A DNA stretch of 64,000 nt from a candidate division WOR-3 bacterium. GTDB taxonomy: Bacteria > Hydrothermota > Hydrothermia > JBDRYB01. The notes under the pieces are model-generated. The model saw only the letters and a list, made by a program, of their open reading frames with translations, ran no database searches and was not told the origin of the DNA. The translations under genes were made by a program, and so were the position numbers. This document shows, piece by piece, positions 28,179 through 38,678 of the stretch. Within the stretch, counting starts at the first letter, position 1; every line of letters starts with the position of its first letter. The stretch spans positions 2,207-66,206 of the forward strand of contig JBDRYB010000007.1 of assembly GCA_039803205.1 (NCBI GenBank), read 5' to 3'.

Positions 28179-30050
28179 TTAATCCAGCCAAACCAGCTTG
28201 AGCATTTTTGACCATGAGCCTGCCCGCGCTCTCAGAAAATAGACCCCCGATGAGGGCAGGATCAGCTTAAACCAGTGGATGCCAGCCTCCATCTCCCCCT
28301 CAAAGAGCCTGAATATCAGCCTACCGGTGCCGTCATACAAACACAGGGAGACTTTGGTTTTCTCCGGAAGGGTTAATGATATAGGAGCCTCACCTCTCAT
28401 CACGGACGCCACCCTCAGCGAAGGCGCTGTGGGGCAGGAGGACTCTTTTTCACCTGAAAATGGCTCCAGGTATAGCCTGCCATATCTCGCTGGGTCATAG
28501 AACTTAAGGACATCCTGGGGCCAGCAAGCCATTGTTCCGTGAGCTTGATCGAGATAAAATATGTGTATTCCAATAGAATCACCATCCGGAACGGGGTTTG
28601 CGCCTACGAACTGCGGCCCGGCGTCATAGCTCGTCAGAATCAAGGCGATCTCAATTGTGGTGTGGCCTCCGGTCTGGCCAAAGGCGAACGAGGATAAGCC
28701 CGATTCATACCAAGGCCCGTGGGTGAAGTCCGCCCTGAACCAAGAACAGAGCCAAAGATCTGGGTTTATGAGCCTGTTAGCGCCCTCAGTGGTATCCGCG
28801 GAAGGCCAGGAACCGCCAGCGTCATCATCAAGGCAGACCCATGCCTCGGAAGAATCAGACCACCCGGTGTCCGCTATGGCATCGCAAGCCAGATATAGGA
28901 AAGAGGCATCGTGAAAAGCCCTCAGCGCGATAGAGCCGGGATAATCTGTCCAGCCATCCCTTCCAAGATAATCTGAGGCGTCCCAGGAGGCAGAGCTATC
29001 CCATTCCCCAGGGCCGAGGGTCCCGTCAATCGTTGGGGCGTTCGGGAAATACGGAACCATTATCCTTCTTGCGACGGAATCGGGTATGACCCCGAACCGC
29101 GTTTGGCAAGTGTCATCCCCGGGGAAGCTGTCCTGGTAGCTGAGGAAGCCCATCGCTGTGTAAGGCCCTCCCTGTGGCCCTGCTGGCCAGCCTGAGAAGA
29201 GGATGTCAACCGAATCCCCCCTCTGGATGCCGCCCACTATGGTTTTCGTGTCCTCATAGAGGATTCCGGATGTATCGGATATGACGAAACCCGCTGAGAT
29301 GTTATCCTGGATGTCCTGGTTCCCGGTGTTCACGATCCTGAGGGATGGTTTGATCAGCGCCCCCTCCTCTTCAAGCGCCTTCGGCGATAATATGGCCGAA
29401 GCGGTTAGATTAACTGGGAGTGAAAGCAGGTATTCAACCGATATGTTGTCTATCGCAACATACCAATCCCAGTGGAGCCATGTGTGATCAAACCAGAGGA
29501 ATGATACCTGCAGGCTCTCTGCCGGGAGCCAAGCCCAAAGGTTCAGGGTATCCCAGACCCCTGAACCTATATCCCAGTCATACACCGCGAGCGCTTGCCA
29601 GGCTCCCCAATCCGTCCCATCGTGAAAGCGAACCCGAACCTCAAATGTGTCCTGGCCCTTGAAGTTCTGATAACCGAGCCCGTAAATGAGCCTAAGGGTA
29701 TCATACCCAGCAACATATATGCTTGGCGAGATCAGCTCCTCTTCGGTCTCAGGGTTCCAGCCTATCGCGTCGTCATCGTAGCATGCCATATAGCTTCCGG
29801 GCGCAGGAGGCATTGCCGTGATGTGCCAGCCGGACGATGGCCTCACCATCCAGCTCTGGCCATCCGCGTTGCTATCCCTTATTGCCCACCCGGGAGGAAG
29901 GCTACCAGACTCGAAGTCCTCCGAAAACATTGAGAGCCAGACCCCAGCTTTCGCTCCGGCCTTGGTCTCATGGGCATAGGTCGTTCCCTTGGGGAGCGCG
30001 GCGTCAGAGAGCATTTTTTCAGGAACAAGAGCCAAAAAGGCCAGAAGCAT
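28179..30050 (-). CDS. Secreted multidomain protein (cleaved-adhesin-like domain, Ig-like domain, sugar-binding-like domain) with T9SS-type CTD
   Basis: FSEDFESGSLPPGW.I.DSNADG..W, WYVAIDNI, PTIDGTLGPGEW, CTD LYDGTGR...SGVYFLR. Confidence 0.75.
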   Translation of the reverse strand: MLLAFLALVPEKMLSDAALPKGTTYAHETKAGAKAGVWLSMFSEDFESGSLPPGWAIRDSNADGQSWMVRPSSGWHITAMPPAPGSYMACYDDDAIGWNPETEEELISPSIYVAGYDTLRLIYGLGYQNFKGQDTFEVRVRFHDGTDWGAWQALAVYDWDIGSGVWDTLNLWAWLPAESLQVSFLWFDHTWLHWDWYVAIDNISVEYLLSLPVNLTASAILSPKALEEEGALIKPSLRIVNTGNQDIQDNISAGFVISDTSGILYEDTKTIVGGIQRGDSVDILFSGWPAGPQGGPYTAMGFLSYQDSFPGDDTCQTRFGVIPDSVARRIMVPYFPNAPTIDGTLGPGEWDSSASWDASDYLGRDGWTDYPGSIALRAFHDASFLYLACDAIADTGWSDSSEAWVCLDDDAGGSWPSADTTEGANRLINPDLWLCSWFRADFTHGPWYESGLSSFAFGQTGGHTTIEIALILTSYDAGPQFVGANPVPDGDSIGIHIFYLDQAHGTMACWPQDVLKFYDPARYGRLYLEPFSGEKESSCPTAPSLRVASVMRGEAPISLTLPEKTKVSLCLYDGTGRLIFRLFEGEMEAGIHWFKLILPSSGVYFLRARAGSWSKMLKLVWLD

Positions 30051-30059
30051 GGGAATATT

Positions 30060-30620
30060 TTAAGGCAGAAGGGATTGCGGTTTCAAAGGCCTACTGAACT
30101 CGCACCCACAATACCTTTGTCTGTATAGCCCCAGTTCCTTTGATAATTCAAGGCTCCTGGTGAATCCCCCGCGCTTTCGCAGGATAGCCTCAACCCAAAC
30201 GAGCCCCTCCTCCAAGGATACATCGCGACCCACACGGTTCACCAGATGCGGATCCTTCTTCGGGCTTATGGTCAAGGTTGTTGAGATGTTTCTGGTCCCC
30301 AGTTCAAGGGCCCTTTCTGCCAAGAGCCTGAACCTAAACCTAAAACACGCCTCGCACCTTTTGCCCCCCTCGGGTTCACCCTCAAGCCCCCTTACAAAAT
30401 CTAGCCAGGCCTCAGGCTCATATGGGCTTATGTGGAGGGGGACTCCGTAATGCTTTGCCACCTTCTCAACCTGCTCCAATCTGAGCCTGTATTCGGCCTC
30501 AGGGTGGATGTTTGATCCCGGAAAGAATAGCGAGACCCGATAGTCTTGGCTGAAGAACTCAATCGCGTATGTGGCATCTGGGCCACAGCAGACATCAACG
30601 AGAAGGTCTTCTATTGCCAT
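30060..30620 (-). CDS. queH: Epoxyqueuosine reductase QueH (DUF208)
   Basis: CCGPD, SNIHP..EY..R, EPEGGKRC..CF..R, TTL.ISP.K, LYRQRYCGCEFS. Confidence 0.9.
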   Translation of the reverse strand: MAIEDLLVDVCCGPDATYAIEFFSQDYRVSLFFPGSNIHPEAEYRLRLEQVEKVAKHYGVPLHISPYEPEAWLDFVRGLEGEPEGGKRCEACFRFRFRLLAERALELGTRNISTTLTISPKKDPHLVNRVGRDVSLEEGLVWVEAILRKRGGFTRSLELSKELGLYRQRYCGCEFSRPLKPQSLLP

Positions 30621-30757
30621 ATTACGCCAGGCGGATGAGCGCCAGCCTTTCGGAGAAGAAGAGCCACGATCACGATTTAATTATACGATAACCCCATCTC
30701 TTGCATCCACTCAGAGCAATCCCGCATAATAATTTCCTTACTGAAAGGGGTGATACC

Positions 30758-31402
30758 ATGGTGAGAAGGATAAGCCTCTTTTTGGTTGGTTTGGCCGTGA
30801 TGGCCTGCGGAGAGGGGGCCGGGCGCAAGCACGAGCTCGCCTACAAGAAGGCAGAGGAGCTGGTTAAGAAAGGCAAGCTGCCGGAGGCTGAGGCTCAATA
30901 CAGGGAAGCGATAAGGCTCAAGGAGGATTACGGTGAGGCATACACGGGTCTGGGCCTGCTCCTCATGAGCGAGGGGCGATACGAGGAGGCGGATTCATTT
31001 CTCTCTAAGGCTATCTACTACAGCCCATCCAACCCATCCGCTCACTACAACAGGGCCGTGCTCATGAACAAGATGGATAAGAACAAGGAGGCCGAGGAAG
31101 AGTTCAAGGCCGCTCTAAAACTGAAGCCCGACTACCCTGAGGCCCATGTTGGCTATGGCGCCTTGCTCTACAAGCAGGGACTGAACGAGGCCGCGGAGCT
31201 TGAGTTCAAGGAGGCTGTTAAGCTTGATCCAGAGTGCGCCGAGGCTCACCTTTACCTTGGGGCTGTTTATGACCTCACATGGCGCAGGAACGAGGCCATA
31301 AAGGAGATAACCACAGCTCGCGACCTTTTCAAGGCCAAGGGGGATACGGCAGGAGTAAGGGTCTCTGAGGAGGCCCTCAAGAAGGCGAGGACCCCGAGGT
31401 GA
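30758..31402 (+). CDS. TPR repeat lipoprotein
   Basis: Lipobox AVMAC, five TPR-like repeats; SD AAGGGGTG. Confidence 0.85.
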   Translation: MVRRISLFLVGLAVMACGEGAGRKHELAYKKAEELVKKGKLPEAEAQYREAIRLKEDYGEAYTGLGLLLMSEGRYEEADSFLSKAIYYSPSNPSAHYNRAVLMNKMDKNKEAEEEFKAALKLKPDYPEAHVGYGALLYKQGLNEAAELEFKEAVKLDPECAEAHLYLGAVYDLTWRRNEAIKEITTARDLFKAKGDTAGVRVSEEALKKARTPR

Positions 31403-32313
31403 TCTCCGTTGTAATCCCTTGCCACAACGAGGAGCCCGTTCTTGATGCCCTCATGGCGAGGCTCATCCCAGTTCTTGAAGGCCTCGGAGAATACGAGCTC
31501 ATCTTCACTGACGATGGTTCAACGGATGGGACCTTGGCAAAGCTCGAGGCCTTTGCTGAGCGAAACCCCCGCATAAAGGTAATATCCTTCAGCAGGAACT
31601 TCGGCCACCAGGCCGCGATATCCGCTGGCATAGAGCACTCATCGGGAGATTGTGTGATAACGATGGATGCAGACCTCCAGGACCCTCCGGAGGTAATTCC
31701 TGAGATGGTGAGGAAGTGGAAAGAAGGGTTTCAGTTGGTCTATGGATACCGCACCTCAAGGGGGAGAGATACCCTGTTCAAGAGCATAACAGCGAGGCTT
31801 TTCTACTGGCTGATGAAGGCCCTATCGGGGGTTGATGTTCCGCAGGACTCAGGGGATTTCAGGCTCATGGACAAGGCGCTGGCTGATCAGATCAAGGGAC
31901 TCAGGGAGCACCACAGGATGCTCAGGATATTCACGGCTTGGACGGGTTTCAGATCAACCGGGGTCCCGTATGAGAGGGGGGATAGGGTTGCTGGCCAAAC
32001 AAAATACACCCTGACCAGGATGATCAAGTTCGCTTGGGATGGCATAACCTCCTTCTCATACTGGCCGTTGCAGATGGCAACATGGCTCGGCCTGGTCTCA
32101 GCCCTGTTTTCTTTTGCCGGTATCATATGGGTCATAGCGGTGAAGATCCTCGGAAAGGCTATCCCTGGCTGGGCTTCAATCGCGGTTCTCGTTCTGTTTC
32201 TCGGTGGGATCCAGCTCCTTGTTCTGGGGATCATAGGCGAATACCTCGGAAGGATATATGACGAGGTGAGGGCGAGGCCCTTGTATATAGTGGCGAAGAG
32301 GATAAATTTCTGA
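31399..32313 (+). CDS. GT2 polyprenol-phosphate glycosyltransferase (GtrB/YkcC-like)
   Basis: ISVVIPCHNEE, DDGSTD, SRNFGHQAA, MDADLQDPP, two C-terminal TM, IIGEYLGRIY.E...RP.YIV. Confidence 0.92.
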   Translation: MISVVIPCHNEEPVLDALMARLIPVLEGLGEYELIFTDDGSTDGTLAKLEAFAERNPRIKVISFSRNFGHQAAISAGIEHSSGDCVITMDADLQDPPEVIPEMVRKWKEGFQLVYGYRTSRGRDTLFKSITARLFYWLMKALSGVDVPQDSGDFRLMDKALADQIKGLREHHRMLRIFTAWTGFRSTGVPYERGDRVAGQTKYTLTRMIKFAWDGITSFSYWPLQMATWLGLVSALFSFAGIIWVIAVKILGKAIPGWASIAVLVLFLGGIQLLVLGIIGEYLGRIYDEVRARPLYIVAKRINF

Positions 32314-32320
32314 GGCTCTT

Positions 32321-33958
32321 TCAATAAACCTTCCTTATCACGACCCCACTGAAGTAGTGCATGAGTATCTCGGTGTATGTCTTCCCCTCGTTTGCCATCA
32401 CCCCTGCTCCTATCTGGCAAAGCCCTGACCCATGGCCGAACCCTCCGCCCCTTATGATCATCCTCTTATCCTCATTCTCTATGTAAAACAAGGCGCTCGG
32501 GAGACCGAGGGCCTTGCGAATGTTGTATTCGCCCTCAATTGTGAGCCTCCTTTTCGTCCCAACTATTTCAAGCCTAATTGCCCTTCCTCCCGGTCCCCTT
32601 TGGATGACCTCCATGCTTCTTACGGTTCCTGGATCGGTTCCGGTGTTTTTAGCTATCGTCGCCCCCCATTCTGCTTTGGTCTTCGTTCTTTCCCATCTGA
32701 AGTATGATCTGCCATACCGGAAGCTGGCCGGAAAATCGTGGGTCTTTGGATTGCACCATGCCTCAGGCGGGTTATCAATGAACTCTTTTATGTTGAGGTC
32801 AAAGGAGTCCTCCGCGTCAGGCCTCGCGCTGGTTCCCGGGATGTCCTCTCCCCAGACGGCCTGGGAGCTCTCCAGGAATCCGCCACATGAGGCGTGAAAC
32901 GGCGCTTTTATTATCCTCCCCTCGTGAAGAATGACACAGCCTCCGGTCTCCATTACCGCTGAATCAACCCTCTCCCATCTTTTTCCCGTTCCCTCGTAGA
33001 CCTGGGTGAAGACATCGTCCGTTATGTCATACGGCTCGCCAGTGAGCTTAAACTTCTTTCCCCAAACGAAAAAAGCGTGGGATCTTGCCAAGACCGCCTG
33101 GGCTTTCAGCGCCTCCTTGGGGAATCCTGGCCCCATCTCATAGGGCAGAACCCCTCTTATGTAGTTTTCCATCTGAACCTCGTTGACGAGGAGGATGCCC
33201 TTGCCATCCGTGGATGGCAGGAATTCAAGGATGTCAGGATACCCGTTCCCGAGAACCTCTATGGGCTTGTAGGATGTGATCCTGAGAGGGCCCTCAGCTA
33301 TAACTGGCACCCGGCCATCCGGACCAACGAGCTCAAGTGTTCCAGAGGCTGGGCTTTCTGGGAGTTTTATCACAGCCTGACGAGGCCTCGGGGCCCTTTT
33401 TAGGGCTTCTGACTCGCTCTCATAGGGACCAACGAGAGCCGCGAAATCCCTCATGTCTATTGTCTCGGCTTGGAAAGCGAATATCTTTCCCATGGGCATT
33501 AGGAAGCTCCCCGCGTAGCCCCTTTGGATCAGGGACAGAACCGTATCCTGTGCGGCTGATGAATCCGGCCCGCGCCAGACCATCATCCAGAACCTGAAGC
33601 GGGCGGGTTTCAGATCCCTCGCCCTCACCCTCCACTTCCCTGGCCCTCCCTTGAAGACCCCGTAATCGCCGACCATGACCCAGAAAGAGTCCAACGCTTG
33701 AAATTCAAAGGATGGCCTTTGGTCTATTCCAACCCTTATAAACGGGCCCATGGATGAGGAGCAATCCACCAACCCACAGGGCCGAGGCTTTTCCTCATGC
33801 GCCTGAGGCTGATAAGGCTGAGCTGAGGCCACCATCTCCTTAGCCGTGCAGGAGAGAAATATGGCGAGTAAAATATCCCTATTCCCTTTCAGGGTTATAT
33901 TATGTGCGTAGGGAGCGAGTGGGTTCAAATTAGCCCAGGAGAGTCCTATGGTCGGCAC
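32321..33958 (-). CDS. SpoIID/LytB-domain lipoprotein (lytic amidase/transglycosylase-like); start uncertain
   Basis: VNEV.ME.YIRGVLPYEM, EALKAQAVLARS, QVY.G, FHASCGG, GFGHG.GLCQIGA. Confidence 0.88.
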   Translation of the reverse strand: MPTIGLSWANLNPLAPYAHNITLKGNRDILLAIFLSCTAKEMVASAQPYQPQAHEEKPRPCGLVDCSSSMGPFIRVGIDQRPSFEFQALDSFWVMVGDYGVFKGGPGKWRVRARDLKPARFRFWMMVWRGPDSSAAQDTVLSLIQRGYAGSFLMPMGKIFAFQAETIDMRDFAALVGPYESESEALKRAPRPRQAVIKLPESPASGTLELVGPDGRVPVIAEGPLRITSYKPIEVLGNGYPDILEFLPSTDGKGILLVNEVQMENYIRGVLPYEMGPGFPKEALKAQAVLARSHAFFVWGKKFKLTGEPYDITDDVFTQVYEGTGKRWERVDSAVMETGGCVILHEGRIIKAPFHASCGGFLESSQAVWGEDIPGTSARPDAEDSFDLNIKEFIDNPPEAWCNPKTHDFPASFRYGRSYFRWERTKTKAEWGATIAKNTGTDPGTVRSMEVIQRGPGGRAIRLEIVGTKRRLTIEGEYNIRKALGLPSALFYIENEDKRMIIRGGGFGHGSGLCQIGAGVMANEGKTYTEILMHYFSGVVIRKVY

Positions 33959-34515
33959 GCACCAGCAAGTCTCAGGAAGTTCCTGGCGAGCTTTTCGCCT
34001 TCCTGAGACAGTGCGGATTCCGGATGGAACTGGATTCCCCAGACCGGCATGCTCTCATGCTCAAGAGCGGCAACATCTCCGGCCTCATCAAAAGCCGTGG
34101 CTCTCAGACCGGCCGCAAGGGGTTGCTCAAGAACGAGCGAGTGATACCTCACGAAACCGCACGGGTTGGGAAGCCCCTTAAAGATTCCTCGTCCATCGTG
34201 TTTTATATAAGAAATAACTCCGTGGGCTATGCGGGTTGCCCTCCTCGTCTTTCCTCCCATTGCCACCCCTATTATCTGGTGGCCCAGGCATATCCCGAGA
34301 ACCGGCACCCTACCCGCTATCTCAAGGAACAGCCTCATGCTCTCCGGGACATCCAAAGGGCTGTGAGGCCCTGGCCCCAGGATCACGGGGCCGTTTTTCA
34401 GGCAGTCCTCAGGCGAGACCTCTGCGTAGTCCTTCACGAGGACCTTCTGGCCTGCGGCTCTGAAGAGATGGTATATGTTGTATGTGAAGGAGTCCCGGTG
34501 ATCCACGATGAGCAC
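33946..34515 (-). CDS. Aminodeoxychorismate/anthranilate synthase glutaminase component (PabA/TrpG)
   Basis: IVDHRDSFTYN, LGPGP, LGICLGHQ, RYHSL, QFHPES; GTG start 6 nt after CATAAT. Confidence 0.9.
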   Translation of the reverse strand: MLIVDHRDSFTYNIYHLFRAAGQKVLVKDYAEVSPEDCLKNGPVILGPGPHSPLDVPESMRLFLEIAGRVPVLGICLGHQIIGVAMGGKTRRATRIAHGVISYIKHDGRGIFKGLPNPCGFVRYHSLVLEQPLAAGLRATAFDEAGDVAALEHESMPVWGIQFHPESALSQEGEKLARNFLRLAGACRP

Positions 34516-34581
34516 CCTTAAATTATGGAATTTGCCAGAGCCCCTTGACAAGCATTATAATTTCTCAAAAGGGGGTTTGAC

Positions 34582-36285
34582 ATGTTTATCATCATGTGTC
34601 TCATATCCCAGACATACTGGGATGACAACTCAAGGGCGGATTTCCTTGGAGGGTCTGAGTTGTGGTATGCTGGTAGCTCTGAGAGGGTCTCTGGTCTAGG
34701 GGTCAATTTCTGGGCCTCTTCTTCTGGTCTAAGGGTTCTCGGCCAGGATTACGATCTGAACAACGATGCCTCTCTGGACGAGGCTGTTTTTGGAGCCGCG
34801 GCGAACACAGCGAGGATCCTCTACGGCCCTGGATTCGGCACTGACACGAGGTTCACAACCTCCTCAGCTGAGGGAATGGGAGTAGCTGATCTGAACGGGA
34901 ATGGCGTTCCTGATGTTGTTGTCGGCGAGCAGTGGGGTTCCCAGAGCTACATATATTGGGACATGAACCCTGCATCGGTGACCCAACTTGGTTTTGGAGG
35001 AGCGTGCTACGGTGTTGCTATAGGGGATCTGAACAAGGATGGTTCGCTGGATTTGGTCCTCGCTGGCTATGGCGGTGTTCAGAGCAAGATATACTGGGGG
35101 CCGTGCTACACGACATATCAGGCGTTTGATAATGCCGACTCCTGGGACCCATTTGTGGCGGACCTCAACCTTGATGGGTATCCGGATATCGTCCTTCCGA
35201 GGCCTCTGTCCACCATCAAGATATTCTGGGGCCCTGGTTTCACGAGTTCCCAGGATATAGCCTTCTCAAGCACAAAGGCCGCGGCTGTTGCTGATTTGAA
35301 CGCGGATGGCTGGCCAGATGTTGCTCTCGGCTCATATTCGGAAGGTGTTAGAGTGTATTTTGGCCCAGGCTTCTCCTCCTATTGGGCACTGGCCGGCATG
35401 ACTAATGTGCAGGACCTTGAGATTGAGGATGCGGACGGAGATGGTTATCTGGACCTTGTCGCTTCCGGGGGCTCGGACGGCAAGGCGAGGATATGGTGGG
35501 GGCCAGCCCTTGTCAGCTTCACCGATGTCTCAGCCGCAGCCGGTGACGGGGTTGATCTGCTGGACCTTGATAATGACGGGGATCTTGATATCGCAACCTC
35601 TTCTGGCACCTCATCCTTTTACATATACCGGAACAACGGCTCAAGGAGCTTCTCCTTGTGGCAGAACATCTCTCTACCCTCATGGGGAGGGGCTTATGTT
35701 GACCTCAGGAAATACGAGGAGATAGGAAATGCGTATACCAGAACCCCCTCTTTCGTCTACCTCTCCAGGATATTCACGGGATCCTCGGCATACAGGATGG
35801 ACTCGCTGAGGTGGTGGGCATCTGTTCCCTCAGGAATGACGCTGAGGCTGTGGCTCCGCGCCTCAGACGATCAGACCACCTGGACCTCTTGGAAAGAGGT
35901 GTATAACGGCCAGGGCATCACTGACCCGGATTTCTTCTGCAGGAGGTTCTACCAGTATTCCGCTCTGGTAACAACGGATGGCAGAAGGACATCGGAATTT
36001 CACCTGGATTCATTGAGGCTCTATTACACTGATTGCGCTATAGGGCTTGATGAGTTCGGCCCGGCTGATTATCTGGTAATCAATGGCGGCCTCGCATACC
36101 TGAATGTCGTTGCCGAATGCGGTTATCTCCTGGTCTACGATATAACCGGCAGACCAATCAAGGAATTCCACCTTGCTCGCGGGAAACACGCCATAGCTTG
36201 GGCCGAGGGGCTTCCCTCAGGCCTATACATCCTAATAGCTAGATACGATGGCACAGAGAGAGTAAAATCGGCTTTCGTGAGATAA
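34582..36285 (+). CDS. FG-GAP/VCBS repeat protein with T9SS-type CTD
   Basis: Repeated ADLNxDGxxDxV units with IxWGP; CTD VYDITGR...LPSGLYIL. Confidence 0.82.
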   Translation: MFIIMCLISQTYWDDNSRADFLGGSELWYAGSSERVSGLGVNFWASSSGLRVLGQDYDLNNDASLDEAVFGAAANTARILYGPGFGTDTRFTTSSAEGMGVADLNGNGVPDVVVGEQWGSQSYIYWDMNPASVTQLGFGGACYGVAIGDLNKDGSLDLVLAGYGGVQSKIYWGPCYTTYQAFDNADSWDPFVADLNLDGYPDIVLPRPLSTIKIFWGPGFTSSQDIAFSSTKAAAVADLNADGWPDVALGSYSEGVRVYFGPGFSSYWALAGMTNVQDLEIEDADGDGYLDLVASGGSDGKARIWWGPALVSFTDVSAAAGDGVDLLDLDNDGDLDIATSSGTSSFYIYRNNGSRSFSLWQNISLPSWGGAYVDLRKYEEIGNAYTRTPSFVYLSRIFTGSSAYRMDSLRWWASVPSGMTLRLWLRASDDQTTWTSWKEVYNGQGITDPDFFCRRFYQYSALVTTDGRRTSEFHLDSLRLYYTDCAIGLDEFGPADYLVINGGLAYLNVVAECGYLLVYDITGRPIKEFHLARGKHAIAWAEGLPSGLYILIARYDGTERVKSAFVR

Positions 36286-36347
36286 GGGCTGGCCCTGTCT
36301 TTGAATCCTGGAACCCAAGCGGGGGAGAGCTTTAGAATATTCGGGTT

Positions 36348-36905
36348 ATGCTTGAGGAGATCTACAAGGACGCCAGGGATCGTATGTCAAGGTCAACCGA
36401 GGCATTCAAGCAAGAGCTAGGCAGGATAAGGACAGGAAGAGCTTCTCCCCAGATACTTGAGGGCGTAAGGGTTGATGCATATGGTTCCAGCATACCCCTG
36501 AACCAGGTAGCCACCATATCAGTTCCAGAACCCAGGCTCCTTGTTCTTTCCGTGTGGGACAAGTCCCTGGTTGGGGAGGTTGAGAGGGCCATATTGAAAT
36601 CCGGCCTCGGCCTCAACCCCATAATACAGGGTTCAACCCTGCGGATTCCAATACCTCCCCTGAGCGAGGAACGAAGGGCCGAGATGGTGAAGCTCGTCCG
36701 AAAGATGGCGGAGGATGCCAGGATCGCCGTAAGGAACATCCGCAGGGATGCGATGGAAATGGTCAGGGACCTTGAAAAGGAGAAGGAGATATCAGAGGAC
36801 GACCGCCGCACCGCTGAGACAGAGATCCAGAAGATAACCGACGAGTTCATTCAGAAGATCGACAAGCTCCTCTCTGGCAAGGAAAAGGAGCTCATGGAAT
36901 TTTGA
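36348..36905 (+). CDS. frr: Ribosome recycling factor
   Basis: IRTGRA, PLNQVA.I, GLNP, P.LSEERR, A.IAVRNIRR, IQK.TD, KEKELM. Confidence 0.97.
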   Translation: MLEEIYKDARDRMSRSTEAFKQELGRIRTGRASPQILEGVRVDAYGSSIPLNQVATISVPEPRLLVLSVWDKSLVGEVERAILKSGLGLNPIIQGSTLRIPIPPLSEERRAEMVKLVRKMAEDARIAVRNIRRDAMEMVRDLEKEKEISEDDRRTAETEIQKITDEFIQKIDKLLSGKEKELMEF

Positions 36906-37609
36906 GCCAGATAAAGGTGCCCAGACACCTGGCCATCATAATGGATGGCAATGGACGATGGGCAACCCAGCGCGGTCTCCCGAGGATAATGGGACACAGG
37001 GCGGGCATAGAATCCGTGAGGGAAATAGTTAGAGCCTCAAGGGATATCGGCGTTGAGTGGCTCACCCTTTTCACTTTCTCATCAGACAACTGGAAGAGAC
37101 CTCAGGATGAGGTCTCCTTCCTGATGAGCATGCTCCGAGAGCTCCTGGCGAAGGAAACGGATGAATTGCACAGGAACGGGGTCAGGATAAGATGCATGGG
37201 AAGGATAAAGATGCTCCCCCCGGAGGTTCAGGAGGAGCTGCAAAAGGCCGTTGAAAAGACCCGGAACAACACAGCGCTCAACCTCGTTTTGGCTCTGAGC
37301 TACGGGGGCCAGGAGGAGATAGCTGACGCGGCAAGAGCCATTGCCGAGAAGGCTCTGGCCGGGGAGATTGATCCGGGAAAGATAGACGAGGATGGCTTCC
37401 GGAGCTTTCTCTACATCCCTGATATGCCTCCAGTTGACCTTTTGATCAGGACCTCAATGGAGCTGAGGGTTTCAAATTTCATGCTCTGGCAGATAGCCTA
37501 CGCGGAGCTCTATTTCACAGAGACCCTTTGGCCCGATTTCAGGAAACCCGAATTGCTCAAGGCCATAGAGGATTTCAGCAGGAGGGAGAGGAGGTTCGGG
37601 GGAATCTGA
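36902..37609 (+). CDS. uppS: Undecaprenyl diphosphate synthase
   Basis: HLAIIMDGNGRWA, FSSDNWKRP, DLLIRTS.E.R.SNFMLWQ.AYAEL, R.RRFGG. Confidence 0.97.
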   Translation: MSQIKVPRHLAIIMDGNGRWATQRGLPRIMGHRAGIESVREIVRASRDIGVEWLTLFTFSSDNWKRPQDEVSFLMSMLRELLAKETDELHRNGVRIRCMGRIKMLPPEVQEELQKAVEKTRNNTALNLVLALSYGGQEEIADAARAIAEKALAGEIDPGKIDEDGFRSFLYIPDMPPVDLLIRTSMELRVSNFMLWQIAYAELYFTETLWPDFRKPELLKAIEDFSRRERRFGGI

Positions 37610-37614
37610 TCCCC

Positions 37615-38589
37615 TTATTTATCCAGGTGTTCTTTCCTATACCACGCTATTGTTCTCTCAAGGCCTTCAACCAGGCTTATTTTCGGTTCATAGCCCAGAA
37701 TCCCCTTCATCTTTGAGATGTCAGGCACACGACGCCTGGGATCCTCGTAGTTCTTTGTGAAAGAAGAATACGGCACGAACCTCATTCTTGGCTCCCCCCG
37801 AAAGCCGGAGAGCCTGTGCATGAGCCGGGCGAGGTCCGCTATGCTTATCTCCTCAGGGTTTCCTATGTTTATTATCTCTCCCCCTGCCTCGGGCGTTGTT
37901 ATTGCCCTAAGGGTTGCTTCTGCCGCTTCCTCAACATATATGAAGCACCTGGTCTGTTTCCCATCCCCGTGAAGCTCTATCTCCTTTCCCTTGAATATGG
38001 CATCCAGGAAGACCCCCTGGGGTCCTCCCCACCAGTTGAGGTATTGCCTCGGGCCATATGTGCCAAAATAGCGCAATATAACATAATCAAGCCCAAATTC
38101 GTCCCCGTATGCAATCGTGAGGTGCTCATCGTATATCTTTGAGACAGCGTATGCCCAACGCCTTGAGACCGAGGGGCCGAGAACCAGGTCCCCGTCCTCC
38201 CTGAATGGCTGATCCGGACTCTTACCGTAGACATCAGAGGTTGAGGCAAGAATGAACCTCGCCCCTCTTTCCTTGGCGAGATCAAGCGCGTTGATGGTCG
38301 CCCTTGTATTGAGGGTAAGCGTCTTCAGCGCGCTCTCATACCTGGGTATCTTGTGTGCAACTAGGTGAACAACCGCTTCGGTCTCCGGAACCAGCTCAAA
38401 GAGCCTCTCCCGGTTCAGGACATCCTCTTGGTAAAAGGCAAATCCCTTCTCTCCTTCATGACCAGCGATGTTCTCTCGCCTGCCCTTTGAGAGGTTGTCG
38501 ATCACCAGGGTCTCGTGCCCTGATCTCATCAGGACATCAACCAGGTGCGAACCGATGAAACCCGCTCCACCAAGGACTGTTATCCTCAC
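37615..38589 (-). CDS. NAD-dependent nucleotide-sugar epimerase/dehydratase (UDP-glucuronate decarboxylase-like)
   Basis: GGAGFIGSHL, ASTSDVYG, YAVSK, RYF.TYGPRQ, GEIINIGN. Confidence 0.9.
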   Translation of the reverse strand: MRITVLGGAGFIGSHLVDVLMRSGHETLVIDNLSKGRRENIAGHEGEKGFAFYQEDVLNRERLFELVPETEAVVHLVAHKIPRYESALKTLTLNTRATINALDLAKERGARFILASTSDVYGKSPDQPFREDGDLVLGPSVSRRWAYAVSKIYDEHLTIAYGDEFGLDYVILRYFGTYGPRQYLNWWGGPQGVFLDAIFKGKEIELHGDGKQTRCFIYVEEAAEATLRAITTPEAGGEIINIGNPEEISIADLARLMHRLSGFRGEPRMRFVPYSSFTKNYEDPRRRVPDISKMKGILGYEPKISLVEGLERTIAWYRKEHLDK

Positions 38590-38678
38590 AATGAAAAGTA
38601 TAATGGCTCCGCTTGCTCCTCTGCCTGTTGTTCATATCTTTCACCGGCCCATGGCCGTGTATTAAAATCTATGGCCTA

